Source: Anthoceros angustus
Taxonomy: Eukaryota > Plantae > Anthocerotophyta
DNA length: 64,000 nt
Assembly: GCA_010909165.1 (NCBI GenBank)
Contig: VJWM01000126.1
Location: 186,001 to 250,000 of the forward strand
Reading direction: 5' to 3'
Shown here: positions 62,397-64,000 of the stretch, in pieces
Position numbering within the stretch: position 1 is the first letter of the stretch
Layout: each line of letters begins with the position of its first letter
Made by a program: the position numbers and the translations under genes
The notes under the pieces: model-generated
The model's input: the letters and a program-made list of their open reading frames with translations, nothing else
What the model was told of the DNA's origin: nothing
Database searches by the model: none

Positions 62397-64000
62397 TGTG
62401 GTGACCACATGGGTACGACCCCCGAAAGGAGTGTTTTTTTGTTTTGTGTTTAAGTTGCGAGAATCGTGTGGAGTTGGAATGTGAAGTAGGTTAGGAAATA
62501 AAGAAAAGTCTACTAGAGCCTAGTAGGAGGAAGAGAGTCTAGTCCCGATCCCGATGTAACCTGAGGGTTGGTCGCCGTGTTAACGCGGTTGGGGCCGCTA
62601 CAGGTCTATATGACCACAACCGACGGAGCCTGCTATGGTAGCAACCAAGTTGGAGTTTCTTTTCGATGACTTCGGAAAATCCAATCGATGGAATCACAAG
62701 GAATACCCAAACGGAAGTAACGGGGTCCTATTGGCAATTAAGTCCAGTGGGAAGAGTATTTGCATCGAATCCAGCGGATCGAAGACGGCGCTACCGAATT
62801 CGAGCGAATGGGTGGAGGCCGGAGCGAACGCCGGACGGATGCAAGGCGAGGTGTCGCAGTCGATCGGGAAGCCGCCAGCAACGATCAGAGAGACCAAACC
62901 GGTTTGGCGGGATTGAGAGCCGTGGAGGAAGCGGAGCGCGCAAACCGGAGGCACACCTTCTGGTGAATGAAGGTCTCAGGAGAACTCAGTGCGGCCCAAT
63001 GGGAGGTAAGGTTCAAGAAATGCTCACCGAGTGGGGAGTAATCGTGCAACTCTGAGAAGGCTAGGCGGCAGCAGAAAGAGAGGAGGAGTCCAGCCGAGGA
63101 GGTGGAGATTTTGTGGAGAGATTGCCCAACCAGCCAAGAGGGGAAGCAAGAGGAGAACATGGGCTAAGGGCCTAGGAGGCCTGTGAGGGATAATAGGGTA
63201 AGTGGCTCAATAGATGAAGGCCCATGTGTTATAGACTTATCTTCCTCATAGTGGATAGAATTAAGAGATAGGCCTCTAGGACCGGTAGGCTAAGACCGAT
63301 TGGTATTTTGGCAAGCCAAGCTACTTTTGTGGGCTGATCTTGGGTATAAGAGGCAGCCCTCTTGATGAAATGTAAGCAATGTTGGTTTAAAGTCTCAGTT
63401 TGAGCACGGGGTTTGGGGGTACTGCATCCAAAGGTTGAGTCTAGAATCGCTCACATGTGAGGAGCCGAGAAGACTACTGTTGCCTAGATCTGTGACCGAT
63501 CCGCAAGAGTGGTGGAAAGCAAGGGAGGGAGCCTGAGGTCTCCTTGGAGGAGTTCCCAAGGATAAGAGGAAGGGGCTGTAGCCGGGAGGCTGTCCATTCC
63601 TCATCATCTCTTCAACTAGTCTAGTACTCACCTTGTGTTTGAGTTTTTCAGGTGTCGGAGGTCATGTGGGAAAAGGAGAAGGCGGGAGCCCGTGTGGGTG
63701 GAAGAGAAGTCAAGTGAGACGGAACCGTGGGGTTTGTATGCTTGGAAAATGTGGAGGAAGAACTGTGAGAGGAGTGGGGAATGTCGATGGAGAGTTGCCG
63801 GATTACGTGGGGAGAGAAGTAAGAGGGATTGAGAAGACGGTGATGTTTCGAAAAAGTGAGATTGAATGAGGCCGTGAGGTGTGAGAACAAGGAGAGGAAG
63901 GTGTGAGGAAACTTGGGGAGTATGGAGAGAGAGGCAAGAGGTACCTGTGGAGCCGTGAGAGCCTGACCAGATGAAGCTTGGGAGGAAAGTCAAAGGTTGG
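62397..64000 (+). repeat. Gypsy 3' LTR (partial)
   Basis: Starts TGTGGTGACCACATGGGTAC like 54404. Confidence 0.92.

Larger units (their letters stand above)
54404..64000 (+). mobile_element. Non-chromovirus Ty3/gypsy LTR retrotransposon with ~2.2-kb LTRs (3' LTR runs off the window)
   Basis: 5' LTR 54404-56574 (TGTGG...CCACA), PBS TGGCGCTGCTGTCGGGA at 56578, gag, protease LDTGSGVNIM (~59010), RT FMEVFLDDF, RNase H YPIYYAGRQLTDAERKYTTIEREAL, integrase FEKWGL..YILVATD, PPT GAGAAGGGAG, 3' LTR from 62397. Confidence 0.95.

Overview
Eukaryotic nuclear DNA from a seed-free land plant, most likely a hornwort. This is inferred from densely packed genes, ~80-110 nt GT-AG introns, and PLS-class PPR genes carrying WW-type and KP-type (GRP/DRH-like) DYW domains. 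The left ~37 kb is gene-rich: an intron-containing NAT10 pseudogene, two PLS-PPR RNA-editing factor genes with extra DYW:KP modules, an EEF2KMT/FAM86-like methyltransferase, an SDR42E1-like gene lacking its catalytic Tyr, a trypsin-fold protein, a KEG kinase fragment, an orphan ORF plus a paralog split by a young Ty1/copia element, and a TIC32-like SDR. The right ~27 kb is a transposon nest: pogo-like fragments, a chromovirus-type Ty3/gypsy element with non-canonical AG...CT LTR ends and a clean TSD, and a second gypsy element with 2.2-kb LTRs. Inside the nest lies an intact 4-exon gene for a 400-aa zinc-finger / possible ubiquitin-like / retropepsin-like protein bracketed by inverted repeats. 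Best leads: (1) a PPR locus in which one RNA-binding array could be joined either to a truncated C-to-U (WW) tail or, via an in-frame 147-nt GT-AG skip, to a U-to-C (KP/GRP) domain; (2) the ZnF-retropepsin gene; (3) the AG...CT LTR retroelement. TE interiors carry many indels that are probably partly uncorrected read errors. All homology calls are from motif recognition by eye, not database searches.
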